DNA of 64,000 bases from Callorhinchus milii (GCF_018977255.1 NW_024704743.1:18478001-18542000), one strand, 5' to 3'; shown: positions 48,448-62,455, counted from the stretch's first letter. The notes: a model not told the origin generated them from the letters alone. Translations and numbers: made by a program.

Positions 48448-51400
48448 TAAACTCGACGCCGGAGCGAGTGCAGCCCCGGGGGGGGAGGGGACGGAGCGGG
48501 GAACTGCGACGTCATAGATTAGTTTTCAGGTGAGTGCGCGCGCACAAAAACAAAAAAAAAAAAAAACCCTCTGCGCCCCCCCCCCCCCCCCCCCAGGGCT
48601 CACATCAGAGCCCACTATGGTCCTGTTGGGTTCGATGCCCCAATCTGCGGGATAATGCCATCCACCTGACCGCTCGCTCCCGGTCCCCGCGTGCGCACTA
48701 TGGCTGCCGCTTTGACCCGAGCCCCCTCACCCCCTCCCTCCCGCCCCCTCCTCTCTCCCCCCAAACCCTCCCCCCTCTCCATCTCTCCCGCTCTCTCCTC
48801 CTCTCTCTCCGTCCCTCTCGTCTTCTATCCCCACTTGACCCTCCCACAACCTCCCTCTGTTCCAGTCTGGGAATCCTCCGCCGGGCTCACCGCGGCACTC
48901 GGCGTTGGCTGTCCAGCAGCAGCCACACCGACTGCCCCATTCCCCACCACACTCGCCAGCCACCCCGGACACAGACCCGGGGAGTCAACCTCTCCTCCCT
49001 CATCCCCATCTCCCCCACCCCTGCCTCACAACCTGGACCCCCCTCCCCTCCCACACACCCTTCTGTCAACCGCTCCCTCCACATCGGACTGCAAAATGTC
49101 CGCTCCCTCTGCAACAAGGCCCTGGTCATCAACGATCTCATCCTTGATGAGAACGTTGATATCATGGCCTTGACAGAAACGTGGCTCACCCCAGGCGACA
49201 CCTTCCCCCTCACGGAGGCCACGCCACCCGGCTACACCTCCCACCACATCCCCCGCCCCAACCGCCGTGGCGGTGGTGTTGCCCTTATCTCAAGGACACC
49301 ACTTGCCCTATCCCCCTACTCCTCTGGCTCTTTCCCCTCCTTCGAGCACCTCACCCTCTCCCACCCCTCATTCCTCTCCCTTAAAATCCTCCTCCTCTAC
49401 CGGCCCCCTAAAACCTCTCCCACCTTCATCTCTGACATTTCAACACTCCTCACATCTCTTTGCCTCTCCTCTGATCGCCTCATCATCCTGGGCGACTTTA
49501 ACCTACACTTCACCCCCTCCTGCTCCATCTCCACAGACTTCTCTTCCCTGCTCTCCTCACTCAACCTTTCCCTACACATAAACTCCCCCACTCACAGTCA
49601 CGGCCACCCACTCGATTTGGTGATCACCCGGGGCCTCAGTGTCTCGGATGTCACTATTACCGACAAGGCCATCTCTGACCACTACTTCATCTCCTTCACC
49701 ACCTCCACCCCCCTCCCCACCTCCACCAGACCCACCACCATCTTCTACCGCCCTTGGAAGAAGTTACCCCCACAATCCCTAACCGATGCCTTGGAGTCCT
49801 CTGAACTCCTCTCCCTCTGGCCTTCAACCCTCACCGACCCCTCTTCTCCTCTCTCCCTCCTCCACAATATCCTCTCCTCCACACTCGATACTCTTGCCCC
49901 CATCACTTCCCGCACTGTCTCCTACTCCCGCTCCTCCCCCTGGTACACCACCCACCTCCGCTCACTGAAATGCCAGGTGCGGGCTGCTGAACGCACCTGT
50001 GTCAAATCTGGCCTAACGGTCCACCGACAAATCTGGCTGGACCTCCTCAAAATTTACCGCTCCACTCTAGCCTCGGCCAAGTCGTCCTTCTACTCCAGGA
50101 TAATCCTGGAGGCGAAGAACAACCCCAGGCTACTGTTTTCCACCACATCCCGACTCCTCCGTCCCCCCCGCCACCCCGCGCAGGTCATCTCCTCCAACCT
50201 TCACTGCGAGGAGATGCTGGATTTCCTTGAATCCAAGATCAAGGGAATCCGCTCCGCGGTCACTTCCCCTCCAACTTCCACCCACCACCCACCCCTTCCC
50301 TCCCACACTCCGACTCCTACCCATCCTCCCCTACACACCTTCGTACCCGTTTCCCCACCCTCTGTCACTGAACTCATCCTATCCCTAAAACCAACCACCT
50401 GCTCCCTTGACCCCATCCCCACTCCACTCCTTATCTCCCAGCTCCATTTTCTTGCCCCACACATCACTGACATCATAAACCTGTCCCTCTCCTCTGGCTC
50501 TGTCCCCATTCCATTAAAAACTGCCATCATCACGCCCACCCTGAAAAAACCCTCCCTTGATGCGTCGCAGCTATCAAGCTACCGGCCCATCTCCAACCTC
50601 CCCTTTCTCTCCAAGGTCTTGGAAAGAGTTGTCGCCTCCCAACTGCGCTCTTTCCTCTCCACCCATTCTCTTTTTGAACCCCTTCAGTCAGGTTTCCGTG
50701 CTGCTCATAGCACAGAAACTGCCCTGGTCAAGGTCACCAATGATATCCTGACTATCTGTGACCAGGGCTCCCTCTGTCTCCTCGTCCTCCTCGACCTATC
50801 GGCAGCATTCGATACGGTCGACCACGCTATCCTACTCCACCGCTTGTCCTCCCACCTCAACCTTCAAGGCACTGTCCTTGAATGGTTTAGCTCTTACCTT
50901 TCCCACCGTCTTCACTTCGTCTCAACGAATGGCTTCTCCTCCACCCCCCGTACTGTCTCATGTGGTGTCCCTCAGGGCTCTGTCCTCGGTCCCCTCCTCT
51001 TCACCCTCTATATGCTCCCCCTCGGTGACATCATCCGCAAACATGGGGTTAACTTCCACATGTATGCGGATGACACCCAACTCTACCTTTCCTCCTCTAC
51101 TCTCAACTCCACGACCACCGATGTCCTGACAGCCTGCCTGTCCGACATCGAGTCCTGGACGAGAGACAACTTTCTTCAGCTCAACGTGCGAAAAACCGAG
51201 GCCCTCCTGATTGGCTCACGTCAGCGCCTCCGCACCTCAGGCGCTGACACCATCAGCATCCAAGGCTGCACTCTCCACCTCTCAAAGCCAGTCAGGAACC
51301 TCGGCGTTTTGTTCGACCCTGAGCTGTCCTTTCTCCCTCACATCCGCACCACAACTGGCACCGCCTTCCATCACCTCCGGAATATCGCCAGATTACGGCA

Positions 51401-52116
51401 CTACCTCACCCCTCACGCTGCTGAAACCCTGGTTCACGCCTTTGTCACCTCAAGGCTGGACTATGGGAACTCTCTCCTCGCCGGCCTTCCCGCCACCTCC
51501 CTCCACAAGCTGCAGGTCATTCAGAACTCTGCAGCTCGTGTACTGTCCCGCACCAGGCTTCGGGACCACATCACTCCCACCCTCGCTCGCCTCCACTGGC
51601 TCCCCATCCCCCAGAGGATTGATTTCAAGATCCTCATCCTCACCTACAAGGCCATTCACGGCCTTGCTCCCTCCTACCTCTCCAACCTACTATCCCCCTA
51701 CCTACCTGCCCGTACCCTCCGTTCCTCTGGCTCCGGTCTGCTCCACGTCCCCCGCCCCAACCGCCCTACTATCGGTGGTCGGGCCTTCAGCCTCTCAGCC
51801 CCGAGGCTCTGGAACTCCATCCCCCAGTGCCTTCGCCTTGCTTCCTCCCTTTCCTCCTTCAAGGCCGGTCTCAAAACCTTTCTCTTTGACCGAGCCTTCA
51901 GCTCCCCTCTCGACTCTCTTCCTCCTCCTCGCTCCCTCCCTTCCCTCCCCTCACCCTGACCATTTCCCCCCTCCTCTCTCCCTCCCTTCCCTCCCCTCAC
52001 CCTGACCATTTCCCCCCTGCTCGGGTCATGACCCAACTGTGCAGCGCCTTGGGACGTCCTCCTGACGTGAAAGGCGCTCTATAAATGGAATCTTGTTGTT
52101 GTTGTTGTTGTTGTTG
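48448..52116 (+). mobile_element. Apparently full-length young L2-clade LINE, single ORF
   Basis: GC-rich 5' leader, uninterrupted EN+RT ORF, 3' stem-loop AGCGCCTT..ACGTC-ctcct-GACGT..AAGGCGCT (52043-52078), (TTG)n tail. Confidence 0.95.
48534..51959 (+). CDS. L2 ORF: APE endonuclease plus reverse transcriptase (1141 codons open)
   Basis: EN motifs QNVRSL, LTETW, YRPP, GDFN, SDH; RT motifs [43 protein letters not shown]. The true start is uncertain. Confidence 0.93.
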   Translation: MRAHKNKKKKKPSAPPPPPPQGSHQSPLWSCWVRCPNLRDNAIHLTARSRSPRAHYGCRFDPSPLTPSLPPPPLSPQTLPPLHLSRSLLLSLRPSRLLSPLDPPTTSLCSSLGILRRAHRGTRRWLSSSSHTDCPIPHHTRQPPRTQTRGVNLSSLIPISPTPASQPGPPSPPTHPSVNRSLHIGLQNVRSLCNKALVINDLILDENVDIMALTETWLTPGDTFPLTEATPPGYTSHHIPRPNRRGGGVALISRTPLALSPYSSGSFPSFEHLTLSHPSFLSLKILLLYRPPKTSPTFISDISTLLTSLCLSSDRLIILGDFNLHFTPSCSISTDFSSLLSSLNLSLHINSPTHSHGHPLDLVITRGLSVSDVTITDKAISDHYFISFTTSTPLPTSTRPTTIFYRPWKKLPPQSLTDALESSELLSLWPSTLTDPSSPLSLLHNILSSTLDTLAPITSRTVSYSRSSPWYTTHLRSLKCQVRAAERTCVKSGLTVHRQIWLDLLKIYRSTLASAKSSFYSRIILEAKNNPRLLFSTTSRLLRPPRHPAQVISSNLHCEEMLDFLESKIKGIRSAVTSPPTSTHHPPLPSHTPTPTHPPLHTFVPVSPPSVTELILSLKPTTCSLDPIPTPLLISQLHFLAPHITDIINLSLSSGSVPIPLKTAIITPTLKKPSLDASQLSSYRPISNLPFLSKVLERVVASQLRSFLSTHSLFEPLQSGFRAAHSTETALVKVTNDILTICDQGSLCLLVLLDLSAAFDTVDHAILLHRLSSHLNLQGTVLEWFSSYLSHRLHFVSTNGFSSTPRTVSCGVPQGSVLGPLLFTLYMLPLGDIIRKHGVNFHMYADDTQLYLSSSTLNSTTTDVLTACLSDIESWTRDNFLQLNVRKTEALLIGSRQRLRTSGADTISIQGCTLHLSKPVRNLGVLFDPELSFLPHIRTTTGTAFHHLRNIARLRHYLTPHAAETLVHAFVTSRLDYGNSLLAGLPATSLHKLQVIQNSAARVLSRTRLRDHITPTLARLHWLPIPQRIDFKILILTYKAIHGLAPSYLSNLLSPYLPARTLRSSGSGLLHVPRPNRPTIGGRAFSLSAPRLWNSIPQCLRLASSLSSFKAGLKTFLFDRAFSSPLDSLPPPRSLPSLPSP

Positions 52117-53604
52117 TAGTTGTGCTTTGATGTCACTAATAGAGCACAGTTGGTATTGCACAGTGTCTTCATTATCATTTGTACTCAATGGGTTGGCTAT
52201 CCACCAACAGGCAGCAGATATATTATTCCATACCATACCGCTATGACCCGTCCTATGGAACTCTCTTCCAAAACCTTGCCAGCTCCCCAACTCTTGTCGT
52301 ACCTTCAAAACCTGAGCCATAATCAGTTGAGCCATTATCTCATCGTCAAGATATCTCAACTGAGCCAGGCTGACACCTAAGCAAATAAACTATTTAAGTT
52401 TATTTTCAAAGTTCGAAAATGATTAGAACAATAGAGGATAGGCTAATTTTGTATATAAAAAGCAAGATTAAAGTTAAAAAATAATGTTGAGCAAAGAAGG
52501 AATGGTAAAATAAAGAGAAGGGAGAGATTGTGGTACGACAGGATGAGTAGAAATAAAATGTTTACTTTTTATGTAAAGCTAAATTCTGTTTTGATGTTTT
52601 TTAAGGACTTTGGACTAAAAATGGCATTGAAATGGCATTATTACTAACATATTGGTTCACGTTTTAGCTTAAGAGCTGAAAAGCTGAAGAAACTCGACCA
52701 CTTCTTGGACCTGTTGACATTCAACGGCACTCACTATCATACGTGTATTTTAGCATTTTGTTGTTGGCATGGTTGTGTTGGTTTTGTTATTTCATTGTGG
52801 AATTTGAATGAAGGAATCTTTCGCCAGTTCAATTGATACCTGGCAACAGTGAGTTCACCTGCCAACAGATTAAATAAATATGTGCCACCATGTTGGTGCC
52901 ATCACAGTTCTTCTTAATCCATACCTTTTGTGTAATGAGCTAAATTACAGTTAATAATTATCTTTATTGATATCATTATCAGTAACTCTGGCTAGTAACT
53001 GATCACTATATTGTTTTGAACTGTTTTAAAGTACTTGCCCGGGATTATACAATCATTCATGTATATTTCAGTTCCATCTGTGCTATTCCATATATGCTAA
53101 GGCCAGTTCCTCACATTGCCCACTGAACTGCATACGGATAAAACATCGAACATCTTTCTGAAGTCTTCCATCGTAGTTTTCTGCAGCCATTGCCCCATAT
53201 ACTTTAAAAATAGCATTATTGCAACGAAAAGTTTTATACCTGTAAGACTACAGTGGGAGAATTAATAAGCATTGTTTCTTTTCTTTCTGTGGCTGGACAA
53301 ATGAGGTTGTAAGAGCAGCAAATGATGTTTATTGAGCAATTGTTCATATTTTAGCTTAACCAAAAAATTTTTTAAACTTTATTCCTGACATCCGACATGG
53401 TGGATATTCTACAGAATTATACAAAGTGATACGTAATCATAATAATAATCCTTGCATTTGATATAGCACCTTATCACAGTCTTCAAGGCGTCTCAAGGAG
53501 CTTCACAGAATATACTGCAATGTGAATTGACTCTATATTTTGTTGGCGAAATGCAGCAACCAATTTTGCACAGCAGTGTCCCACAAACAGTCGTGGATTG
53601 ACTG

Positions 53605-54290
53605 AAATAGACCATTTGGCCTAACTAGTCCATGTCTGTATTTATACTTCACAGAACCTCCCACTTTTCACAAGATCACAAGATTAATTTGGATGAAGAA
53701 CACCCGTCGGCCCATCCACTTTTATATCTCCAAAAACTACCATTCCCCCATCATTACATCAAGCTGCTTGTTAAATGAGTCCAGTGTCCGGGCCACTACC
53801 AGTTTTCCTGGCAACCTTATTCCGCTCTCCTGCACCTCTCTATTCCCCTCTCCTGTAACTCTCTATTTCTCTCTCCTGTATCTCTATTCCCCTCTTCTGA
53901 ACCTCTCTATTCCACTCTCCTGTACCTCTCTATTCCCCTCTTCTGTACCTCTCCATTCCCCTCTCCTGTACCTCTCTATTCCCCTCTCCTGTACCTCTCT
54001 ATTCCCCTCTCCTGTACCTCTCTATTCCCCTCTTCTGTGCCTCTCTATTCCCCTCTCATGTACCTCTCTATTGCCCTCTCTTGTACCTCTCTATTCCCCT
54101 AAATATTTAGATGCTTTTTTACTTCAATCGTAGTTTCCAGCAGTGAGTTCTGCATTCTCACTACCCTTTGTGAGAAGACTTTCCTCCTAAACTCCCTATT
54201 AGATCTACTAACAGTTATCTTATGTTTATGCACTCTTATTGTGGACTCACCAACAGGTGGAAACTGCCTATTAACGTCCGCCCTATTCAT
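53605..54290 (-). mobile_element. Old CR1 3' fragment containing a minisatellite
   Basis: FRRKVFSQRVVRMQNSL on the minus strand. Confidence 0.55.
53820..54100. repeat. 23-bp minisatellite (CTCTCTATTCCCCTCTCCTGTAC), about 12 copies
   Basis: Visible tandem array. Confidence 0.92.
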
Positions 54291-54939
54291 CCTCTTGGTT
54301 ATCCGTTTTAATTCTGTGATCTAAAGGAGGATGTTTGCTCATCCTCAAAGCCTCCTTTTATTTGCTTTACTACCTAATATTGAATTTAAATGATTCATTT
54401 GTGATTTACTGTAACATATCAACCTTAAATAGATATGAAGCAATCTGATACACAATGCCATTTCATTGACATTGTGTATCAGATTGCTTCATATCATTTT
54501 AACTGTAATTTTGAGTGTCAGAATTACGGACAAGGCCATCTCTGACCATTTCCTCATCTCATTCTCCTCTTGCATCCCCCTCCCCTCCTCCAAGCTCTCA
54601 TATTCTTTTCCACAGGTGGAAAGATCTCTCCCCCCACGCTTCTGAGATCCTCACAACCAATTCACAACACAACAAACTACATCTGCAATACAAATTCACA
54701 TCTTCTTTCTTAGCCTATACAACTCTTCATAATACGATGCACAGCATATTGAAATTTTCTCAAACCATTTTTTCTAGTGTGATACCAGCTACCCCGTGAC
54801 ACTTGTTATGCTTAGATAGAAGGTATGCAATGAGCTCGATTTAACTAAAACAACATTTATGATCAAAATTGTAGTTCTGCAAGTCATCTTGACACCTGCT
54901 AACGAGAATAAGCAACCTTTACATCAACAAAACCATATT

Positions 54940-55400
54940 TCTGAGAGGTTATGCCTATCAGGAAAGGCTGAACATGCTTGGACTCTTTTCTCTTGAAAAG
55001 AGGAGGGTGTAAGGGGTGACTGGACAGAGGTCTTTCAAATGATGACAGGTTTTGATAGGGTAGACATAGGGAAGATTTTTCCACTTGTGGGGGAGACCAA
55101 AATCAGTGGCCATCAATATAAAATAGTCACAAATAGATCAAATAGGGAAGTTAGAATAAACGTATTCACACAGAGAGTAGTGGGAATGTGGAACAAGGAG
55201 TTGTTGAGGCAAATAGCATAGATGTATTTAAGGGAAAGCTAAATAGGTACAAGTGAGAGAAAGGAATAGAAGGTTATGCTTGAAAGCTTAGTTGAGGAAG
55301 GGCTCAGGAGGAGGCTCATGTGGAGCATAATCACCAGTATAGACCAGTTAGGCCGAATGGCCTGTTTCTGTGCTGTATATTCCAATGTATTCTAATGTAT
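54940..55400 (+). mobile_element. Old CR1 3' end
   Basis: Decayed C-terminus (FTQRVVGMWN) and GGCCGAATGGCC terminal hairpin. Confidence 0.75.
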
Positions 55401-55669
55401 TTTATAATTAGGACTATAATTCTGCAGGGCAGCTCAACACTGGTTAATAAGTTTAAGCCACATTAAGTATACAGGTAGGGTGAAAAAGTGCTGACATTCA
55501 CTGGTCGGCCTGAAGTAGATAAGTATACATAGTATAAAAAGTGTAACTTTAACTAAAAAAAGTCATCTAAATTATAGCACAACTTAACATAGCCTAACTT
55601 AACTGAAACATAAATTCTTAAAGGCAGCCTTAATTTGAAGCCGGTTTCCAGAAGTGTAGCATCTTGGAA

Positions 55670-56390
55670 TGCTTAACAGTGGAGGAGCTTGATGCGTAGC
55701 CGGCCAGAGTGGGGAGGTGACCATAGGCGTGGCCGAAGAAGAAGGTCTTCCAGTGTGATTTGAAAATGGGGAAGGAGGAGACAAGACAAAGGGATTGAGT
55801 GAGAGAGTTCCAAAGTTTCGGGTTGCAGTGGCTAAAAGCACAGTGCCAAAGGTGGAGTAGGAGAGATGAGAACAAGCAGGAGTTAGCCGAGTGGAGGCCA
55901 GAGGAAGCAGGAAGTAAGCAGGTTGGAGAGGTGTGGAGGTGCCAAGATATGAAGGGATTTATTTAAGGTCTTGAAGTCAATCCGTACTGTGATGGGAAGC
56001 CAATGGAGCCTGGCAAGGACTGGTGTGATGGGAGTACGGAGTCTACTGCGGATGAATATATCGGTAGTGGAAGTTTGGATTAATTGGATTTTGTGGATAG
56101 TGGAGACGGAGAGACTGGTGAGAACAGCATTGGAATAATTGAGGCAGGTGGTGACAAAAGCTTGGATGAGGGTTTTGGCTGTGTTAGCTGTGAAGTACAG
56201 TCAGATGCAGGCAATGTGACATGGGTGGAGGAAAGTGGTCCTAGTCAGGAACTAGATGTGGGGTAGAAAGAACCTGATGCCGAGGTTACACACAGGTTCG
56301 GTAAGTCTTAGGGAAAGACCGGGGAGATTGAAGAAGTCAGAGCTGCAGGAGAGAAGACGCTGACTGGAGCCAAGGATTATGGCTTCCATC
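55670..56390 (-). mobile_element. Decayed L2
   Basis: PKLWNSL, KTFFF. Confidence 0.75.
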
Positions 56391-56859
56391 TTAACAACAC
56401 TCAACTGCAAGAAGTTTGTGCTTGAGAAGCAAGCTAACAGAACATGATTTACATCTGATCTGATTAAATTTTAACAACTCACTGATGATCATAAGCGCAT
56501 GAGGAACTAGAATAAGCAATTGGTGTTGAGAAAGCCTGGTACATGACTTCAGACTTGGAATTCGGGAACATCCAGGTGGCTGCCATGTTCCAAATTGTAT
56601 TGCATAGACAAACATCCAATCAATAACTGACAAGAAAGCCAAAATAAATAAACAAAGAATGAAGATGCCAAACTCTTATATGCAAATCTATCGTATTTAC
56701 TTCCCAGATCTCAAAAACGAACTACAGTTTAAATATCGGTTTCATATAACAATTTACGGTGCCCCAACAAATGACTGAATTACATGGAAAACAATTCTTG
56801 AATGTCATTATTTAAATAAATGGAACAGAAACAAAAACAATTCAGTTTTGGAATGCGTT

Positions 56860-57680
56860 GATGCAAATCAATTTCGCTCACACATCTCCCTCCACTCCCT
56901 ATTTGAACCGATCCAGTCTGTTTTTTCCTGCCCACAGCACAGTAACAGGGTTCGTCACAATAACAAATGACGTCCTCGCTCTCTGTGACCAAGGGGTCCC
57001 TCTGCCTACTCATTCTCCTGGACCTCACCGCCTCATTCGACACAGTCGACCATGCCATCCTCCTCTGCTCCCTCATCAACCTTAGTGGGACCACACTCGT
57101 ATGGTTTGAGTCTAACTTAAAAACCGTCAACAATACATCTCAGCAAATGTTTTTTCCTCCTGCCCAGTCACTTGCGGGGTACCACAATACTCCATCCTTG
57201 GCCCCCTTCTTTTCCTTATCTATACACTCCCTCTCAGCAATACAGTCCGCAGACATGGGGTCAACTTCCACATGTGGAGTCCTGTAGATGAATGGTTAGA
57301 GCACTTACCTCGCAAGCGAGAGACCTTGGTTCAATTCCCGGGAGGGCGAAATGCTGGGCAAGTTTCCGTACTCCATATGCCTCTGTTTTCCTAGCAGTAA
57401 GTAGGAACCCAGTTGTTAGTCATTTGGTGGATTGCTATTCCGGGGGTAATAATTCCTTCAAAAAAAAATAATATAATAAGTTGGTCACTCAATCGACGAC
57501 TGTTTGTGGGACACTGTTGTGTGCAATTGGCTGCCACGTTTCACCCACAAAATGTACAGTCAATTTACTTTACAGTATATTCTGTGAAGCACTTTGAGAT
57601 GTCTCGAAGATGTGATAAGGTGCTATATCAAATGCAAGGACTATTATTATTATGCAGATGACATCCAAATCTACTCACAT
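56860..57680 (+). mobile_element. L2 RT fragment interrupted by a SINE inside the FHMYADD motif
   Basis: LLDLTASFDTVDH; AACTTCCACAT-[SINE]-TATGCAGATGAC. Confidence 0.8.
57274..57652 (+). mobile_element. Full-length SINE (long subfamily)
   Basis: Family match. Confidence 0.88.
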
Positions 57681-58334
57681 TCAGTTCTTTCATCAGGTCC
57701 CTTAAATGCTTAAATGTTGCTTTCACTGTTTTTGCATATGAGGCAGGCACTGCCTTGTGGCTCTTAAGATTACATACCACTGCCAAATCCCCTAACCCCG
57801 CCACAACTCCTACACAGCTTCAGCATTCCTTGGTATACAATATACCCTCTCAACACTCCCAAAGTTATTGTAGGTGGCAAGTGTTTTACCGCTCCTGGAA
57901 GCTGAGCATCTGGAAGCAAGTAGACCTGCCACCTTCTTGACCCATTCCTGCTGAATTCCTATTCAATAACCTTTACAGATGGTCTCAGCACCTAGCAATG
58001 CCTCTTCAACCAGATTCTCCATATCATGCTCATTCACTCCTTTGTTGTGACCACCTTCACCCCCTGCTTCACAATGTAGAGGTTGATCCTGCTTCTTTGC
58101 TTCAAATGTCTCCCAAACCTTTTCGACCACCTGTTCATTCTTGATGCTTAGATTAAAACTTTCCTCTCCCTGCACCTTAATTAAACAATTCAGTTCCTCC
58201 AGATGAAAACCCAGCTCCTTCTGAACAATTTCCTGCTGAACTCAAATCTTAGCAAAGCTACTTCATTGTCTTCCTTCAAATTCAGCCTTAGGTGGAGTAG
58301 AGTCATTCAACTTGACCACTTGCATCATTGCTAG

Positions 58335-58615
58335 TTGACGGGAGATCATTAATCTCATTAACTAGGTGGGCAGTATCACATAAGCAACACACCTGTCTCA
58401 GAAAATCTGAGCGTTACTGAATTGACGCAAATAAAGAAATCATCAACTGACTTATATCATTTGGTTAAGTGACGGGAGATCATTAATATTACAAACTGGG
58501 TGGTCAGAGCCACCCATAGGATATCTGATATAATATCTTATATCATATTTAATATATTATGATATATATAACATCTGAGCATTACTGAATTGACGCAAAT
58601 AAAAAATCAACTGAC
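58335..58615. repeat. Imperfect tandem duplication
   Basis: TGACGGGAGATCATTAAT and TCTGAGC.TTACTGAATTGACGCAAATAAA each occur twice. Confidence 0.75.
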
Positions 58616-58818
58616 ATTAATTCTTACAATGTTTGCCTCCCATTATTTTGGACATTCACCTTGAGACACTGCCATGTGTACTTAACAGCTGAGGTTTTCA
58701 ATCTAACACCTTATAATTAATACTTCTAGATTTGTGCAATAACATTGCAAAGTTACAGGAATAACTGAAAGTTCAATAAAATAAATGACAATATAACAAT
58801 CTGATAGAAAAATTTACA

Positions 58819-58824
58819 TTTATT
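58819..58824 (-). promoter_or_regulatory. Candidate polyadenylation signal of copy C
   Basis: AATAAA in a block paralogous to 17100-17370. Confidence 0.4.
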
Positions 58825-60539
58825 TTATGAAACAGATTACATTCATAGGCACTCAGATTGATTCTGGTGAGAATTATTTACTGAGAAAGCTTGGAGAAGG
58901 CAAGGATCATTTTGCCTTTCTGTCTCGACTGAGATACCCAAACCTTTGATATACTCGCTCCAACAGAATCACCATAAATATAAGAATAACTTCCAGAATT
59001 TTAGTGACATAGGACTATCAGCAATCAACTGAACATAACTTAGTGTAGATTCTGTAGTCAAAATACAATCAGAAAGTAACAATTAGCCACAAAGTTATAA
59101 TAATAATAATCCCTGCATTTGATAGAGCACCTTACCACCTCACTAGAGACGTCTCAAAGCGCTTTACAGAATATACTGTAAAATGAATTGACTGTATATT
59201 TTGTGGGTAAAACATAACAGGTGAAAGATGAAAAATCCACACAGTTCCAACACTAAAATTGGTAAAAACAGTGAAAACAGCATTGAATTGTTGTGTTGTC
59301 TACAAATAAAGTTGTACACTCTACAATCTACTGCATACTTTAACTTCATAACCTTGTTTGACATATTTATCTTCATAACATGCATTTCAAAATCATTAAA
59401 ACCTGATTGACTTGTGTGAAAAATAGAAATTCGAATCAATCTGTGATTACCAAAAATAAACACAATCTCTGAGGCTTGGCAAAGGTATTCTAATTGACAC
59501 ATCACTGAAATTTTGCTTTACCAATAACTAAAGACTCCCTCTCCCAACTTCATCATAATGGTTGGTTCAAACCCAACAATGTTACAGCTCTGTTATACAG
59601 ATCCCGCAGCCAACCAGGGGCAAAGTGCGAGTGAGATCAAGCAACACAATCTGCTCAGTTATGAAGTCGGGTCCAGTATTCGTTCACTCATGAATTCTTT
59701 GAGTTTGGATTCAGATTATCAGATCTGAGTTTGACAACTCACTCCTTTAATGCTCTTTAAAATATTTTCAATCCGGAATACAATTCAGAAATATATCCAA
59801 CTTATTTTACACTCAGTTAATTCCAAACAAATATCAGTTTCACATCAATATTTCCTTCTGAATGGCATGAACTCTTATATCTCATATTCAAAGCAAGAAA
59901 ATGAGGTCCAATTATGATAAAGTATAAATTATGAAACCTATAAATATTGTTTTAAATAACTTGTAATTTGGCGTACATATCTGTGTGCCACTCAGTCTGC
60001 TTTGCTGAAATAAACTGAACACTTTATTTGTTACTGCCTAATAATATTTACAAATCATTATCCTTCAAACCTCAGAAGAAAACTGCGTGGTATTCCAGGA
60101 TACATCAACAAGATCAGTTCAGAAGTTAGAACATTGCTATACAGTAAAGTGTATTCACTGACACCTACTGTCCTCAGGATTTCACAGACATGCCAGTCAG
60201 ATACTATAGATCTCTTCTGATACGATTCCTCAGACACATTCAATATATTTTTTAAAGAAAACACACTGCAGTAAGTAAAGTATCACTTATTTCAAAGATA
60301 CAGCACATTTTATAGTAATCTAATATTCAGTCTATAATCTAACCACTGAGCTACAAGACTCCACAAATTGTAAATGCAATAGGCCAAATAAGATTGCTAG
60401 TTTGTAATCCAGACTGTGTTGTTAGCTAATCTTCGTCAGTTTGGGGGCTAATATCAGCCTTAGTGTTCAAGAGGTAAATAGAGGAAAATTAACTAAGGCT
60501 CCTGCCCTTGATTGATTGCTATCAAGAGACACAGCTAGA

Positions 60540-61570
60540 TAACAACAACAATTTGGATTTACAACAACTTGGATTTATATAGCACCCTCCAAGCCGGATG
60601 GCGTCTCAGAGCGCTTCACAATAACAAATCCCGGGGCCCAGCCAGGGGGAGGGGGAAGAAGGTGACTAAAGGTACGGTCAAAAAGAAAGGTCTTTAGCTG
60701 AGACCTGAAAGTAGGAAGAGAGGGGGCGAGGCGAACGGAGTGAGGAAGGGAGTTCCAGAGCCTCGGGACGTAGGGGCCGAAGGCATGGCCGCCGATGGTG
60801 GAGCAGAGGACTCTGGGGACAAGGAGGAGGCCAGACCCGGTAGAGCGAAGGCAATGGGCACTGTTGTGAGGAGAGAGGTCAGAGAGGTAGGGGTTGCAGA
60901 GGAGTGGAGGGATTTGAAAACAAGAGTGAGGATCTTGAAATCGGTCCTCTCTGGGACAGGCAGCCACTGCAGTATGGCAAGGATTGGGGTAATCAAGAAG
61001 TGGAGATTGGTACAGGTAAGAATGCGGGCGGCAGAATTCTGGATGACCTGGATTTTATGAATGGTAGTGGAGGGGAGACCAGCGAGGAGGGAATTTGAAT
61101 AGTCAAGCCGAGAGGTGACAAAGGCATGGACCAAGGGTGAGATATTGGCGGAGACGGGCGATGCTTCGGTGGTGGAAGAAAGCAGTACTGGTGAGGGACC
61201 AGATGTGGGGGAGGAAGGATAATTAGGGGTTGAACCTGACGCCTAGGTGTGTATGGGTTCAGAGAGTTTTAGGGGCAGGTTGGGCAGGTGTAGGAAGTGA
61301 GAACCATGCGATTGGAGATGTTGACAAGAGCCAAAGAGTATGGCTTCTGTTTTGTCAACATTCAGCTGAAGGAAATTTGCGCTCATCCAGCTCCTGATGT
61401 CTGACAGAACATCAGAAAACTGGAGGTCGAAAAGTGAGGTGGAAAAATAGAGTTGGGTGTCATCCGCATACATGTGGAAGTGTACCCCATGCCTGCGGAT
61501 GACAGCCCCAAGAGGAAGCATACAGATTAGGAAGAGGAGGGGGCCAAGGATGGATACTTGGGGAACCCCA
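60540..61570 (-). mobile_element. Truncated L2
   Basis: [32 protein letters not shown]. Confidence 0.9.
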
Positions 61571-61974
61571 CTGGTAACCAGATGAGAGTGGGATGTATGT
61601 GTGTGGTCATATAGTGTTGACTATGATGATCTGTAGAATCAAACAGGTTGTCAGCAAGCAGAGTCAGGAACACAACATGAAAAACAGACACTTTTGTGAG
61701 GACCCCACAGGTCCATACCACCATTAGAAGGAAAAATAATTTTAAAAATCTTCAGGAGACAAAAATTATTATTCCTGCATTTGATAAAACATCTTATTGT
61801 TGCAACATTTCAAAGTGCTTCTCATAATTTTATTGTGACTGTATTTGGATGAGTGGAAGGCAAAAAATTGGGAGATAAAAAGTGGTAAAAAGAGAAATCA
61901 CATTCAGAAAACTAGCTAGGTTTCAGTTTTACAGATTTGAACTTCTATGTATGTTTGCCTTGTACCCCATCCTT

Positions 61975-62455
61975 CTAAATATCTGTTGGCTTGTTCTTGC
62001 ATTTTCCAGCTCGCAACTTCAGAATGCCTTTGGTGTGAAGTTGCAGAAGTCTGTAGAATTCCCTCGGCATGACATGAGCTGATTGCTTTGGTGGTACATT
62101 GTCATAGTAATGATTGAAGATCTTCATTCCTTCCATGTTTTTCGAGAAGGGCCAGAATCCATATAGCCACACCTCGTCACAAAGCTCCAGTGCTGCACTC
62201 AATACTATCAAGCCACTAGATAGTCGAGTCTCAGACACACCGACGGATTTCCAGAACTGAGTGATATTTACTATGTAAGAAGGGTTTAAATATATTGGCT
62301 GCAGTTTTGAACCAAAATCTTCCAGTGTATAGGAAACTTTAAATACTATGCCAGTATTTGATAGATAAGAAAATGCAGGTAATAGAATAAATGCTTTCCC
62401 ATAGACCTTTGTACTCTCCCAAAAGGGCTTTCTTCTAAAATTTAGACTTTGATAT
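61975..62455 (-). CDS. ST8SIA6: Last exon of the adjacent ST8SIA paralog (copy C); the rest lies beyond the window end
   Basis: Same acceptor, same 481-nt length, open frame; 21 nt differences from copy B exon 7. Confidence 0.9.

Noticed and set aside
53820..54100. CRISPR-like periodicity
   Set aside because: Head-to-tail minisatellite without spacers, in a vertebrate context
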